Positions 39,360-51,553 of a stretch of DNA of 64,000 bases are shown here, piece by piece. This DNA comes from Camelus ferus (lineage: Eukaryota). The stretch covers positions 118,112,001-118,176,000 of the forward strand of contig NC_045697.1 in the NCBI RefSeq assembly GCF_009834535.1, written 5' to 3'. The notes beneath the pieces were generated by a model that was given only the letters and a program-made list of their open reading frames with translations, was not told the origin of the DNA and did not search any database. The translations under genes and the position numbers were made by a program. Within the stretch, counting starts at the first letter, position 1, and every line of letters starts with the position of its first letter.

Positions 39360-39740
39360 ACTGGCATCTTAGAGCCGGAAAAGGCCTTACGAATAACCTG
39401 CCCCAGTCTCTGCAATTTACGGAAGAAGTCTGTCCCAGAGCAGGGAAACGGCTGGGCTGATGCAGCAGGTAAATTAATGGCACTCACTCTCACGTTCATA
39501 TTTATTTAACCAGTTAATTCCTTCCTTGCAATCCAGGTACTATATAATTACTATGTTTAGTAGTTTATTTTGGAGAAGGTAAATGCATACTAACGGTCAT
39601 TTAGAAAGGTATTCATGAAAAGCAATATTGAGCACCTACTCGAAGTGGCAGATCATTTATATGCATTTTTCTCAGTTCTAACAATCACCTGGTCAGACAT
39701 TTTTGCTCTCATTTCAAAGATAAGAAAATTTCTTACTGCA
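39360..39740 (-). mobile_element. Two MIR fragments
   Basis: TTAGAGCCGGAAAAGGCCTTA...ATTTACGGAAGAAG and TATTGAGCACCTACT...CTCATTTCAAAGATAAGAAAA. Confidence 0.55.
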
Positions 39741-42063
39741 TCAATAAGCTTAGGTGGCTGAAAGACACAATTTCTGAGACAATTTTATTTGCATAATAAT
39801 AAAAAAATACTACATATATTATAATTCTCAAGGACATTTACCTATCCAGAATACTCTAATTCCAGAGTATATTAAAGAATAAAGTATTTTATTTTTCTTT
39901 TAGGCAAATTACTGACAATTATATAGAAATATTTTCACACTTAGGAATTCCTTTAGTGAGTTGTCAAACTCTATTCCCATGTGTATACACACACACACAC
40001 ACACACACGAGCAAACAGAAGAAAAAGAAATACTTGCCTTCTCAGTTAAATCTATTATTAATTTTTATCCTAATATTTAAAAAGCTGAAGTTATTTACCA
40101 GTAGGCTTGTGAAAGATTTTCTTTACTCCTGTAATTGAATAATTAATCTGAATATTATTTATCTAAATGTGTAGCCATGTACAAAGGGCTTTATTAGATC
40201 CTTTAGAATCTTTGGGTTGGTTTAAATTATTAGTTCATTGAGCAAAGAAATTGTTTTTATTGCCTTTGAATTACTAAAATCCAACAGTGATGTGGGACAA
40301 AAGTATGTACTCAGTAAACATTTGTTGAATGAATTAATGCATTAATGAGAAGAAGAAATCCCTAGAGTGACAAACCATACATGCATGAGACTTAAAAGAC
40401 AAGACAAACTAATATGAAACAGTAACATTTTATTTCCTCTCATTCACTCCTGGCACTGGGGAGACAAGAGTGAACAAGACAAATGAGATCCTTGACCTCT
40501 CAAAGCTGATTTTATTGTCAGGGTCAAGCAATGAAAAACAAACAAACAATAAAACAAAGAAAGAAAAAAGTTATAGTCACCAAGGAATGCTGTGCAGAAA
40601 ATAAGCCAGGAAAAAAAATGATAGAAAATCACTATTATTGGGGATGGAAAAGATACTGCTTGATACGAGGAGTGGTGTGGGTGTTACTGGGGGAGGTCTG
40701 AGATGGAAGAGAGGGAAGACAAGGACCCAGAACCGGGGACATCAGGGTGGAGGGTCATCTGTGCAGGGAGGAGGGCGGGCACGGGCCCCAGGTGGGGGCA
40801 AACCCCCAGTGAGGCCAGCTTGGGCTACAGCAGGAGGGCTGAAGGAGCACCATATAGGATGAACTCCTGTGGATATACCCGACGTGCGGTGGGAAGGGCG
40901 CAGAATGTGATGCTAACTACTAACTGGAAGCGGTTAGATGGTCGTCAGTCACGGAGTGGCTGTGTGTTCTGATGAAACTCTAAAAAGTTCTTTGCAGCTC
41001 CTAATGAAAAAATGGGTTATGGAGAGACAGGTGTAGGGACAAGGGTGACTCCTGCCACAATCCAGTCAGGGATGATGGTGCAAGTTAAAGGGGGAGGTTT
41101 CCCACTGATTGAAGACAGATGAAGAGATTCACACTACCTGGAGGTGAAGTTATCCAGATCTGCTGCTGGATTGGATATTGGGCAAGAGGAGGAAAGAGGC
41201 ATCAGTTGATTCCTCTTTTGGGGGTCTTACTGCCCAGTACTAAGTAAATACTTAGGTAGTACTAAGTACCTAGTAGGTAAGTACTAAACACCAATATAGG
41301 GAACACAGCAGAGGACTGGGCATTGGAACTGAGTGGAATCAGGAATACAATCTTTGACATATAGATTTGATGTCTATGTACATTATCCAAATACAGATGT
41401 CAAATCATCATCGTCATCATCATCATCATGACAATGATTATCCTTGTTGAGCCAGACACTGTTTTCGAGCCTTTATCTGGATGAGTTGTCTTCCCCACCA
41501 TAATCCAGTACACAGATATTATTCATACCCCCATAGTTCAGACGGGGAGCCAGCACAGTGCCGAATAACTTGGCGAGGTCACACTGAGTGTGTGCGGTGC
41601 CAGGAGGAGCACACTGTCAGGCAGCTCCCACAGCCTCCTTTCTCTACTAAACTCTTCCTTTATGTTTTTTTTTTTTTAAAAAAAAGGACAAAAAATAAAG
41701 AATGATGTAACCATGTAACTCAGAGAAGAGATAGGACATGAATTTGGAGCTAATAGAACTTGGACAGGATAAACAGAAAAGATGTAAAGATGTTGTGTGA
41801 CTGACTCTGGGACACCAGATACACAGAAGGCAGTCACAGGAGGCGGAACACGATGGGGAGGCAGATGGGGCACCAGTGAGGAGGGAGAAGACCAGGGCGT
41901 GTGTGATTCCAGGCCCTCAGGGATGACTTAACCTGAGCACTGTGAGACTCTGAGATGACAAGTAGTCAGTGACCACCGGTTTGGGGGGATGGAAGTTGTT
42001 GGAGAGCTTTACAAGGGAAGTGTTAGAGTTGGGAACAAGAGCCCAATTGAAATGAGGGAAAAG

Positions 42064-42194
42064 TAGGAGGAGGATATAGCTCAGGGGTAGAGTGTGTGCT
42101 TAACATGCACGAGGTCCTGGGTTCAATCCCCAGCATCTCCATCAAATAAATAAATAAATCTAATTGCCTCTTCCCACCAAAAACAAAAAATAAT
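42064..42194 (+). mobile_element. Vic-1-type SINE with ~18-bp TSD
   Basis: ATAGCTCAGGGGTAGAG...GAGGTCCTGGGTTCAATCCCCAG; TSD ATTGAAATGAGGG(G)AAAAG at 42046-42063 and 42195-42213. Confidence 0.93.
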
Positions 42195-42306
42195 ATTGAA
42201 ATGAGGGGAAAAGGGAATGCAAGGCTTTGGGACAGGGAAGTTTCATTCCTTGGGAGCAGTGGAGATGGTGAGGTTGTGGTGTTACCTGGAGCCGGGTGGG
42301 TGAGTC

Positions 42307-42746
42307 TGCCTTAGTGTCCTAGGGCTGCGGTAATGAAGGATCACCATCTTTGTGGCTCGAGACAAAAGCCTTTTATTCTTTCACACTACTGGAGGCCAGA
42401 GTCTGCAATCCAGCTGTCTGCTCTTCTCCTTCCTGAAGTTCTAGGGAAACCCTTCCTTGCTGTCCCAGTTTCTGGCGGCTCCCAGCTGTCCGTGGCTGGG
42501 GGAATTGCATAATCCATCTCTGCCCCCGACTGTACAGCCTCTCCATGGACTTCTCTGTGTTTCTCTCCTCTGTGCCTCTCATGAAAGTGCTGGTCATTGG
42601 ATTCAGGGACTGCCAGGGTGATTCAGGATGCTCTTTTCTTGAGACTGTTCATGTAATGATATCAGCAAAGACCTTTTCCCAAATCAGGTTCCAAAGGTGA
42701 GGTTGTGGACATATCATTTTGGGGTAAATACTATTCAACCCACTAA
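42307..42746 (-). mobile_element. MLT1C/D-like LTR
   Basis: TTAGTGTCCTAGGGCTGC...GTCATTGGATTCAGGG...GCAAAGACCTTTTCCCAAAT...ATTCAACCCACTA. Confidence 0.82.
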
Positions 42747-43657
42747 GGGGAGAAGCTCAGAACGAGACCCTTTTCTTAAGGTGAGAGCAGCTAAAGCACT
42801 AGGGAGGGAGTTTGTGGCATGCGAGACAGAGGAGATGTTACACACAGGAAATCGGTGATACGGTGAGAAGCTATAGGAGTCAGGGCTTGTTGAAATTTTT
42901 TTTCCTTTAATTTTAGCCAGGACTTACTGAAATGGGTGCTGGTAAAAGAGGAGCTTTGACAGTGGAAGAATAAGGGAGTTTCTGTGTGCTGCATCTATTT
43001 TTTTTAATGAAATATGATAAAAAAAATATTGTAGATTGAAGTTAGAAGGAGAAATGCTTGAGATTTGAGGACTGAATGGTCAGCCTGAAATATTTGTAAC
43101 AGAGAACTAACGAGCAATCTTACTGGGTGTACACACCGAGTTCGCCAAGCAACCTTGAGAGCTGTGGTTGTCAGTCAGGCATTAGCTCAGTTGACGTGGT
43201 CTGTTTTATTCCTCCACCAACACTCAGTGGGCATGTGAAGATGGGCGTTAGGAGGATATTTGTGCAAACCTGAATGATGGTTTTTCCGGGTGATTCTTTT
43301 GGAGGGTGAAGGAGACAAGCGATACACAGTGCTGGCTTGGGAGAAACTGTAGTGATTGATTATGGAATTGACACCAGTGAAGGAAGAAAAGGAGGAGGGA
43401 AGTGGGTGATGGACAGTAATGACACTGTAATGATAACAGTTTGGACTTCTCAATTTGGTTGAAGAATTGCTGGTTAGAGGATGGCAGAATGGTTAAATTG
43501 AAAAACTAAAGTCATGATCAATGAAAAAAATGCTTGCAACGGAGACTTCTGAGATTCCATGGTTGGGACCATATCGTGGATCTTGCCAAAAGAATAGGTG
43601 GTAGAAGTTGGTACTAGGTTTCCCAGTTAGCAGATTAAAAACATGCTTAGTGGGTGA

Positions 43658-43670
43658 GTGCGTGCGCGCG

Positions 43671-43715
<45 letters not shown>
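43658..43715. repeat. Alternating purine-pyrimidine tract GTGCGTGCGCGCGTATA(CA)20
   Basis: Direct reading. Confidence 0.95.
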
Positions 43716-43717
<2 letters not shown>

Positions 43718-46572
43718 ATGGGCAGGAATATGTCAACAAATAAATTTGAAGTAATTTTATATTTTAATATTTATTTCAGAAGATAATTTTAAATCCTCAT
43801 TTTATTAATTTTTTTGCTTGTTTTATGGTGAAGTGTTTTCATCTTAAATTATGCATGGATTAGTCTTTTCTGGGTAGAGAACTTTTAAATCTGGCTCCGA
43901 GTGAAGGGGATTGGAGGAAGATGATTAGAGATTAGTGGTCCATAAACTTGAAGAACTGTGTTTTTGGTGGGTCATCCACAAGATCGATCCGTGTTTCCTA
44001 CAGAAATACGTAAAGAATTTCCAAGATTGTGGATTGCTGAATTCTGAGATGACTAAGTGAAGTATTTATTAGAGGTGGGTCCTGAAGTTTGCATGGTGTA
44101 TTTGAAAGTTTATTTTTTTCTGATTGTAAAAATAACTCATGTATTAGGTGCAAAATACATAAATACCAAAAACAAAGGGAATAAAACGTGATTTGACGAC
44201 AAGGACCTCACAATCTAAAAGCAGGGTCCAGCGCTTTTGCTCTCTTCCCATCTTCCTTCATTTTTCAAAAATTGTATCAACTAAGTATACTGTTTAATGA
44301 CTTACTTTATGTGACAGTGTACCACGTGCTTTCCCCTATACCAATATGTATTCTCTAAAACAAGAATCATAATTTATGTAAAATGCATGGAAGGGGATCT
44401 GGCTTGAAGAGATAGTCTGTGTGGTAAGATACAGTGAACGAGATCCCAGCCTTCACAACCCTCTGCATATCAGTCTGAGGATTTTGAAAGGGATTCTTCC
44501 AGCAAAGAGATTTGTTAGGGAAAAAACTTAATTGTAGATGGTGGCGTATGTGCGGTGTTGGAAGAAGTCAATGGGATTCACTGGAAACTGTGCAGACCAT
44601 TGAGGCTCAGAGCCTGAGCTGTAGGACGCAGCTGCTGGAATTAAAGACAGTAACTGGTTCAAGAAACAATTTGAGGGAAGAATCATCAAAATTTAGATTA
44701 ATGAATAGTGGTTTAAGAGTTAAGGTTTAGATCAGAAACAAAGCTATTTAGGAAAGAGTAAAGTTTACTCAGAGAGAACATTTAGAAGGGAGTCTGAGTG
44801 TTAGCAGTGCTGAGTTACCAAATAAGAAATACAGCACACAATAAAGTGTGTTTGTTGTAAAAATACAATAAATAATACAACACAGAAGACGCACACACAG
44901 ACACACACACACTTAACAAGATTACTGCGCTGACCATTATTCTATTCTAGGTGGGAAAAATAGCAATTTCTCAGATGATTATCTCAGATACCAAAGGCTT
45001 TGACATGTTTTTGGACAGCAGTACCATAAAAATCAGTGATAAAGTGATTTGCTGTTTGGAGTCAGTGACTCAACAGGAAATATTCAAGATTAACTTTGTG
45101 TTAGAGACCAAAGCTAGACAGACCTGGCTTTTTGTTCTTTTGCTTGTTCATGTCACGCAGGTGTGTGGTTTCCGACTGTTGGTTGTGATAAGCAAATGAA
45201 ATCATCTACAGCAGAAGACTGTCAGCTGCTGTGGATTTTTTCTTATTGGTATCCTTTAGGTTTTAAATAGAATTACCAGAATTTAATACAAGATTTTTTT
45301 TGTCGAATTGGCAGCAGTGGGTACCCATACCCACACGTCTACTGTAGACTGGTGGAGGAGGGGCTGCTGCCCTGAATACGGTTGTCCCCTCAAAGGTCAG
45401 TGTCACTCCCATCTGCTTCTGGTTCCCTGCCCAGCTGTGGCAGATCCGAATCTGGCACTCCTCTCCAACATCCTCACCTTGAGTGACCTTGAGCCACTAG
45501 CAGTAAGTAAGGAATTCATTTTGGATCTGACCCAGCCTTGCAAAGTGAAAGGAGGAAGGAGAGATAATAAATTTGTTTGAGTCCTGTTTCCCTGAGGTTG
45601 CCATGTGTCATGTGGGAGAGAGAAAGAGAGAGAGGACAGCTACACTTAGGAGAAAGGTTTGGACTGGCGGTGTCACACCTGAGTGGCGCTCATATGGAAG
45701 AAAAAATTAATTTCATAGAAATGACTCAATTCTCTGAGAATGTTCTACAGAAAAAGGAGAAAAGAGGGTCTTAGATTGAACCTTGGAAATTAGCATAGAT
45801 GTTGAAGAGTCATTTGGCTGGATACTTTCGAAAGAAACCTATAGAGAACAAATGAGTCCATTCTCTAGGAAAAGAAGAAAAATGCACCATAACTGTTTCA
45901 TTTTTTCCCTTTGTTGGAAGGATTCACGGGTACTGTTTGCTGGTGACTTTCAAGGGAGCACTTTTACTTATTTTAAATGATTTGCAATTTTAAAGAGTTA
46001 TTCTGGCCTTGTCAAAATGACCGATGGAAAACACCAATCACCCAAACGGTAGACAATTTATACATGTAAGATTTTGCAGCTGCATTATTGACTACCGCTA
46101 AGATTTTGATACATGTGCACTATTAGTTTCAATATTAACTCGGTAGAAATATATCTTATTAAATTACTGTTTTATGAGAAAACACTGGCATTTTCTTGGA
46201 TTTCTAGGAGAGGTCAGCACATAATTTAATTTTACAAGGCATAATGAGCACCTGAGATAGTCTGGAGGAATTAGTCTAACCTCACCTAAAAAATGAATTT
46301 GTAATTTTATAGGCAATACATAAATTCAGTCTCCATATTAAATAAACAAAACTTTGTAAGTATTTAAATGCCCCATTGACTACAATGCTAATCCTAATGA
46401 CTGTTCCCTTCCCCAAGGGTAATCACAGCTATCAGTTTTGTGTATGCTTCTGGAAATTTCTTTATCATTTACATGTTTACTCATGTTGATGTCAGTCTGC
46501 GTGTTCCAACAAGGAACGATCTTCAAAGTGTTTTATTAAGTGAAAAAAAAAAAGATTGCATACTGGTACATC

Positions 46573-47100
46573 TATTACTGAGTCCAAACTCGCCTGCTCG
46601 CTGCACAACAATAAATTGGGAGACAAGGTATTGGGGCAAGGAATAACAACTTTATCTGGAAAGCTGGCTGACTGAGAAGATGGTAGACTAATGTCCTAGA
46701 GAACCATCTTCCCCAAGTCAGCATTCAGGATCCTTTTGTACTAGGAGAAAGGGTGTAATCGGTTGCTGCAAGTTTCTTGGTGTAAGAATTCTTTATTCTT
46801 GGAATCCTTTGTTCTTGCAGCTGTCCACATGGGTCAGGTCATGGTGCCCCTGTAAAACCTCCAATGAAACAAACATTATTTTCTATTCTGCAACTTGTTA
46901 TCTTTATAGGAGTACAAAAGTGTTAATATCCTTAAAAGTCAGAGCCTTGAGAATGGGCTCTCCTGTATATTTCAGGCTAAAGGCAACATTGTTTCACACG
47001 AAGTGCAGAGCCAGCAAGACTAAGCCTAGAAAACAGGGCACAGGGTTAAAGCCAAAGGAACAGATCTAATATGGAGCCAGATTTGTTCTTTTCCATTATA
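46573..47100 (-). mobile_element. MER41-like ERV1 solo LTR, uninterrupted
   Basis: TATTACTGAGTCCAAACTC...GATTTGTTCTTTTCCATTATA; 4-bp TSD CATC/CATT; homologous to 35827-36823. Confidence 0.87.
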
Positions 47101-47279
47101 CATTTATTCTAGTAACATTTGTATAAAAACCAAACACCCATTCAGAAAAATACTACATTATTTTCTGCATGTTCCTTTTATTACGACTTTCTCCTCCTTC
47201 TCCCTTGACTACCCTCCTTCACCTCCTCCTTCTCCTCTTCTTCTTCTTCAAGTCTCTTTATTGTGCCAACTTGTTTAGC

Positions 47280-47640
47280 TCTCTCTTCTGCAATTCTGAC
47301 CCACATTTCTAGCTGTCTAACAGACATCTTGATCTAGTGCTTCAGAAGTAACTTAGATGAGCTATAAAAGCTGAATTTATTCTCTTCCCTTGTTTCCTTC
47401 TCTACTATCTATTCCCCTATTCTCATTAAAACTCTACCACATTCTGTGTGGTCATCCAGATGTCTCGTTCCTCAGCCTCCAAATCTAATCATCTACACTT
47501 TTCAGTGTCTAAATCCTTAGCTTTATGTCAAGTCCATCTCCTTTTTGGGGGGTCCTACTGCCAGTTGTCTTATTTCAGGCTCTTGACTTTTCATTTAGAC
47601 CAGTGCAGTATCTCTGAGCTGCTATTTCTGATTCTATTCT
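47280..47640 (+). mobile_element. L2 fragment
   Basis: GACCCACATTTCTAGCTGTCTAACAGACATCT...GCTGAATTTATTCTCTTCCC. Confidence 0.55.
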
Positions 47641-47791
47641 AGTGGCTCACACATTTTGGGCACCAGGATCACTGGTGGGAAATATTCAAAGCATAGACGC
47701 CTTCCTTATTTTTATTGTTGAGAAAGCTTAAGTTTGGCACAGTAGCCATCTTACTCAAAGTCACAGGGTTAATTAAAATGTTATTCTCCAA

Positions 47792-48367
47792 GTTTGTATT
47801 CTATGTCTATGAGTCTATTTCTGTTTTGTATTTATGCTTTGTTTTTGTTTTTGTTTTTTAGATTCCACATATGAGCGATCTCATATGGTATTTTTCTTTC
47901 TCTTTCTGGCTTACTTCACTTAGAATGACATTCTCCAGGAGCATCCATGTTGCTGCAAATGGCGTTATGTTGTCGGTTTTTATGGCTGAATAGTATTCCA
48001 TTGTATAAATATACCACCTCTTCTTTATCCAGTCACCTGTTGATGGGCATTTAGGCTGTTTCCATGTCTTGGCTATATAGTGCTGCTATGAACACTGCGG
48101 TGCAAGTGTCATCCTGAAGTAGGCTTGTGGTTGCCAAGGGGGTGGAAGGTGGGAAGGGATAGACGGGATTTTAAAATTGTAGAATAGTTAAACAAGATTA
48201 TACTGTATAGCACAGGGAAATATACACAAGATCTTATGGTAGCTCACAGAGAAAAAAATGTGACAATGAATATATATATGTTCATGTATAACTGAAAAAT
48301 TGTGCTCTACACTGGAATTTTGACACAACATTGTAAAATGATTACAAATCAATAAAAAATGTTAAAG
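47792..48367 (+). mobile_element. Young 5'-inverted L1 with 16-bp TSD
   Basis: TSD AAATGTTATT(C/T)TCCAA at 47776-47791 and 48368-48383; antisense 47792-~48122, sense ~48123-48367 with AATAAA. Confidence 0.93.
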
Positions 48368-49267
48368 AAATGTTATTTTCCAAATTTGAAATCTTTTCCA
48401 TACAGACAATAGACATCTTGTGAATTTAGTTCTGTTTAGTTTTCTCTTCCCTGGGGCGCTGAAATTAGGATTATAGCTGGAAATGTTAAACATTGCTTGC
48501 TTGGTGGTTTTTGAAGAGCTAAATGATTTGTAGGGTGATGTTTCCAGGAACCTTAAATATCTACATGCAGTCGTCTCACTTAATGTGCAAGTTACCATTA
48601 CTTTGTGTTTCTGATATAAAAATCTTTGAACATTACTAGAAGAATAATTTTCTAATATATTCGCTAATCCATAAAGAAATTTATGATGAGGAATTTGCCA
48701 TTGTGTTTATTGAAATAAAACTGTGATTATTGGTGTGGAAAATTCATGGAAGATTTTAAGACTCCTAATGCCTTTTTAGGATTATAATAAAATAATGATC
48801 TTAAGGAACAAAAAGACTTTTTCCAGTAGATATAATTAGGCTAATAAAAGAGATTGATTTCTTTAACAAAACCACTGCAGAAAAATGCTAAATTCTTACT
48901 TTAAAAAATCCTTCTTTACAAATGTCTTCCGAGGTTACTAGTTACAAATAAGGAAACTGATCTGATTACTTGTATTAATAGGATATTCTCCTTTATTGAA
49001 CTATATTTTTCTGATTTTTTTCCTACATACACCAGCTTGATTTAAGTTATTTTACCATGCCACCCATTTCTGACAGTTTAATGATACTGAAGTTCTCTCA
49101 AATTAAAACTTTCTGGTGGTGGGATCAGGTGGCCAAGGCTGAGTTGGTTGGAACAACTTTGATTGACTTAAGTCCCTGTAAGGACTGCCCTGTGGTGCGA
49201 GAATTTTGAATTCACAACATGCAGGTCCATGGTAATTATTAAGTTATTAATTTAAATTGTAAAATGT

Positions 49268-49480
49268 GTAGTGGTCCAGGTTTTCCAGAGAAACAGGACC
49301 AATATAGGAGATAGATATAGATCGATCAAGCTGTTTATTTATCTATCCATCTAGAGACTCGTAAGACATTGGCTCAGGTGATGTGGGAGCTGGCAATTCA
49401 AAATCTGTTTGGTAAACCAGCAGGCTGGAAACATAGATAATGTTGCAGTCTTGACAATTCCTCTTTCTTCAGGAAAACTC
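49268..49480 (-). mobile_element. MLT2 (ERVL) LTR fragment
   Basis: GGTTTTCCAGAGAAACAGGACCAATATAGGAGAT...ATTGGCTCAGGTGATGTGGGAGCTGGCAA...AGCAGGCTGGAAAC. Confidence 0.75.
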
Positions 49481-49806
49481 CATCACCACTTTTTTTTTTT
49501 CCTCCCTGTCTCTTTACCTCCAGCTCTTCTTTCTTCTCTTTCTTTTTCTTTCTTCCCTAATTTCTTTTTGAATCAATTTATCACTCAATTATTCATTCAT
49601 TCATTCATTCATTACCAAAGGAATTTGGTACCTTTACTCCACATTATGTTTCATTTTCTCTACTTTGTCAGAAAATCTCTTGGCATGAAAGTTGCAATGG
49701 CATAACATGGTAAATAAAAGTGACAAGTATTGCCAAACTACAGATAAAATGATGGGACTGATATATAATTATTAAAATTGGAGAAAAGAACCAAGAAGTT
49801 TTATGG

Positions 49807-50210
49807 AAGTAAGCCAGAAAGAGATAGAAAAATACCACATGATATCCATGATATCACTCATATGTGGAATCTAAAAAAATAAAAGGACACTAATGAGCTC
49901 ATCTGCAAAACAGAAACAGACTCGCTAACATAGTAAACAATTTCATGGTTACCAGGGCTGAGGGGGTGGGAAGAGATAAATTTGGGAGTTTGAGACTTGC
50001 AAATGTTAGCTACTGTATATAAAAATGCATTTTAAAAACGAAATTTCTTTTGTATAGCACAGGGAACTGCATTCAGTACCTTGTAATAATCTTTAATGAG
50101 AAAGAATATGAAAACGAATATACATATGTATATGCATGACTAGGGCATTGTGCTGTGCACCAGAAATTGACACACGGTAACTGACTACTTCAATTTAAAA
50201 AAAAAAAAAA
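49807..50210 (+). mobile_element. L1 3' UTR with poly(A)
   Basis: GAAGTAAGCCAGAAAGAG...ATATGTGGAATCTAAAAAA...CAAAACAGAAACAGACTC...TGTATAGCACAGGGAACT...A run. Confidence 0.92.
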
Positions 50211-50540
50211 CCCTTGCTAGGAACTCAAGATTGAAAATCGCATTGACGTGCTTTCTCAGTTTTTCAGACTTTTAAATTGTCTTCTCTTTGAATTGAAACA
50301 TTCTCATTTTTGATAGCCACATAGCTGTCATAAGGCAGCTTGTGTTGCCAAAAAAGATTTGTGGAAGATTTTCATGTAGTTCCCAGAGATTTTAATTGCC
50401 CATATTAGCAGACGATTTATCCAAAAATGTGACCTGTGGCTTAAAAGTATATATCAAATATTCTGAAAGCTTCATAGGTTACCCAAGAAAAATGTGGAAA
50501 TTTTATTTATGAACATCTGGCCACATTTTCAATTTACTTC

Positions 50541-50689
50541 TTTTTTAAAAAAATGTTTTTATTTTGTGGGGGGAGGTAATTAGGTTCATTTATTTATTTA
50601 TTATTTTGTTTAATGGAGGCACTGGGGATTGAACCCAGGACCTCATACGTGCAAAGCACGTGCTCTACCACTGAGCTACACCCTCACCA
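50541..50689 (-). mobile_element. Vic-1-type SINE with perfect 11-bp TSD
   Basis: CAATTTACTTC at 50530-50540 and 50690-50700; GGGGATTGAACCCAGGACCTC...CTCTACCACTGAGCTA. Confidence 0.93.
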
Positions 50690-51553
50690 CAATTTACTTC
50701 CTAATACTCCACATCCAAATTAAACAGCATATCAGTACGAGAAGTCTTACTGCTTGGTAACTTGCAGTTAAGCCATTCTCATGTTGGCGACTGCAGAATA
50801 AAATAAAACTCTGCCCCTACTGGGAGACACGTGGCAAACCTTGTGTGTCTAAGGCAACATTGTATTCTACATGTTAAATTCCGATACTTGTGACAAAAGT
50901 CAAAATTCTCAGAAAGGCAGTAAAAAAGACTACATCTGCAAAGATGCTTTGTCACAAAAACAAGACAGAAATGAAAATTATATTTCTCCTTGTTTACTGA
51001 AGTATAAACACAAACATAGTAAACATTTTTTGAAAATACTTTTTAAAAAATCAAAACATTTCAACCTGAAGAAATCCATTTCTGTATGGACATAACGCCT
51101 CCAATTCTCACCTTATAAATAGCCTATCTGTAGAAAAGTTATTGGTCTACGTGGAATTTACTCTTTCCTGGCTCATTAAGGATGGAAAACAGAGTTTAAG
51201 GAAGAAAAAAAAGAAAAAGGCCAAGCAAATTTACACACATACCCGACACTGACACACTATTTGAAACAAATCTTCTCTACCAAGAAAATATCTATATTTG
51301 TCACCAAGTCAAAAAATTAAACAAAACTATTGTTCTTTGTCACGCTTTCCCTATTTAAAGACGATAAAAAAAAAATAGTCTGTGAAAATGTCCGTATCCT
51401 GTTTAGGTGCAAAGAAAGTAGTGAGCCTTTTGGTTGTACGTGCGTTCGGATATTTCAATAAAAACAGATGATTAAAAAACCACCATGTTTCCCATAATCT
51501 CATCATTTATGTGTTTGTTAGTTTTCCTCCAGGTCCTCAGAGAATCTCCTCAC

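Larger units (their letters stand above)
40441..43620 (-). mobile_element. Long decayed L2, interrupted by a MIR (~41430-41650), a Vic-1 SINE and an MLT1
   Basis: GGCACTGGGGAGACAAGAGTGAACAAGACA...CCTTGACCTCTC start and purine-rich antisense L2-like tracts; right boundary approximate. Confidence 0.6.

Noticed and set aside
42064..42140. tRNA gene (also 14096, 30351, 50541)
   Set aside because: A and B boxes are present, but so are A-rich tails and (in three copies) TSDs, and the anticodon loops differ between copies: these are SINEs
35827..47100. The two MER41-like LTRs as ends of one provirus
   Set aside because: Opposite orientation, separate TSDs and no gag/pol/env between them
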